Source: a virus (taxonomy: Duplodnaviria; Caudoviricetes). Taken from it: a stretch of 45,458 nt of DNA. The notes under the pieces were generated by a model. That model worked only from the letters and a program-made list of their open reading frames with translations, ran no database searches and was not told where the DNA came from. Position numbers and translations under genes: made by a program. Positions 45,165-45,458 of the stretch are shown one piece after another; position 1 is the stretch's first letter, and each line of letters begins with the position of its first letter. The stretch covers positions 1 to 45,458 of the IMG/VR virus record IMGVR_UViG_3300032239_001406; one strand, written 5' to 3'.

Positions 45165-45437
45165 ATGATAGAAAGACGCGGACGACCAAAAGAAATAGAA
45201 CAAGAACCAGCACCAACTAAGTATGAACGTCGTTTTGAAGATGACGATATGGTTGAAATATGGAAATATGATTTAAAGAAATTTCCACGTGGACCTATTG
45301 AAGTTAATATAACTTACAAATCAGGCGCTGAAAAACGAATTAAACAACGTGCTAAAGATGCTAAACAAGAAAAGAAAACAGCACGTCAAATGAATAAAAT
45401 AAATAATAAAAGTAATGTCAGTAGTAAAAAAAATTAA
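45165..45437 (+). CDS. Small basic protein with AT-hook-like RRGRPK
   Basis: MIERRGRPKE...WKYDLKKFPRGPIEV. Confidence 0.7.
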   Translation: MIERRGRPKEIEQEPAPTKYERRFEDDDMVEIWKYDLKKFPRGPIEVNITYKSGAEKRIKQRAKDAKQEKKTARQMNKINNKSNVSSKKN

Positions 45438-45458
45438 AACACCAGATGGAACTATTAT
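45415..45458 (+). CDS. Start of the next gene, truncated by the window edge
   Basis: ATG 45415, MSVVKKIKTPDGTI, open to the window end. Confidence 0.45.
   Translation, partial: MSVVKKIKTPDGTI

Noticed and set aside
1-45458. Alternative genetic code (TAG or TGA recoding)
   Set aside because: Standard code gives near-complete coding density with intact long genes; TGA ends occur in ATGA overlaps and TAG ends are followed by promoter motifs

Overview
AT-rich (roughly 30% GC by eye), densely packed segment of a large tailed dsDNA phage with a contractile-tail, distantly T4-like baseplate. Every credible gene is on the + strand. The host is probably Bacteroidota, based on TTTG-N19/20-TAnnTTT(G/A) promoters, no Shine-Dalgarno motifs, a SprB-repeat virion protein and lipoproteins. 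Layout from left to right: (1) 1-7756, accessory and modification genes (acetyltransferase, two FkbM-like methyltransferases, 2OG-Fe(II) oxygenase, lipoproteins, glutaredoxin-like protein, a Tyr/Gly-rich protein); (2) 7807-9630, HD hydrolase and a gp55-like phage sigma factor; (3) 9666-29753, baseplate/tail module (gp5-like hub with M15 peptidase, gp25-like, gp6-like, a 1901-aa protein, collar/fibre-like proteins); (4) 29764-33410, GIY-YIG-like nuclease, primase, PD-(D/E)xK exonuclease, GT2 and a PlcP/LpxH2-like phosphoesterase; (5) 33478-43602, unrelated enzymes and small domains that share basic N-terminal leaders ending in [LIV]-x-E, with further such sites between domains, and a holin/GH19 lysis pair inside the cluster; (6) an FAD oxidoreductase and small genes. 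Best candidates for undescribed biology: a capsid-packaged, protease-processed polyprotein cargo cluster; a two-tier promoter code (host sigma versus ATATTTAT late motif); a pervasive [ST]-[GAS]-S motif concentrated in virion proteins (possible glycosylation sequon); two structural genes apparently split by cargo-domain insertion; and a phage PlcP-like plus glycosyltransferase pair. All protein calls come from motif recognition by eye; no database searches were run. No tRNA, rRNA, CRISPR array or IS element was seen.
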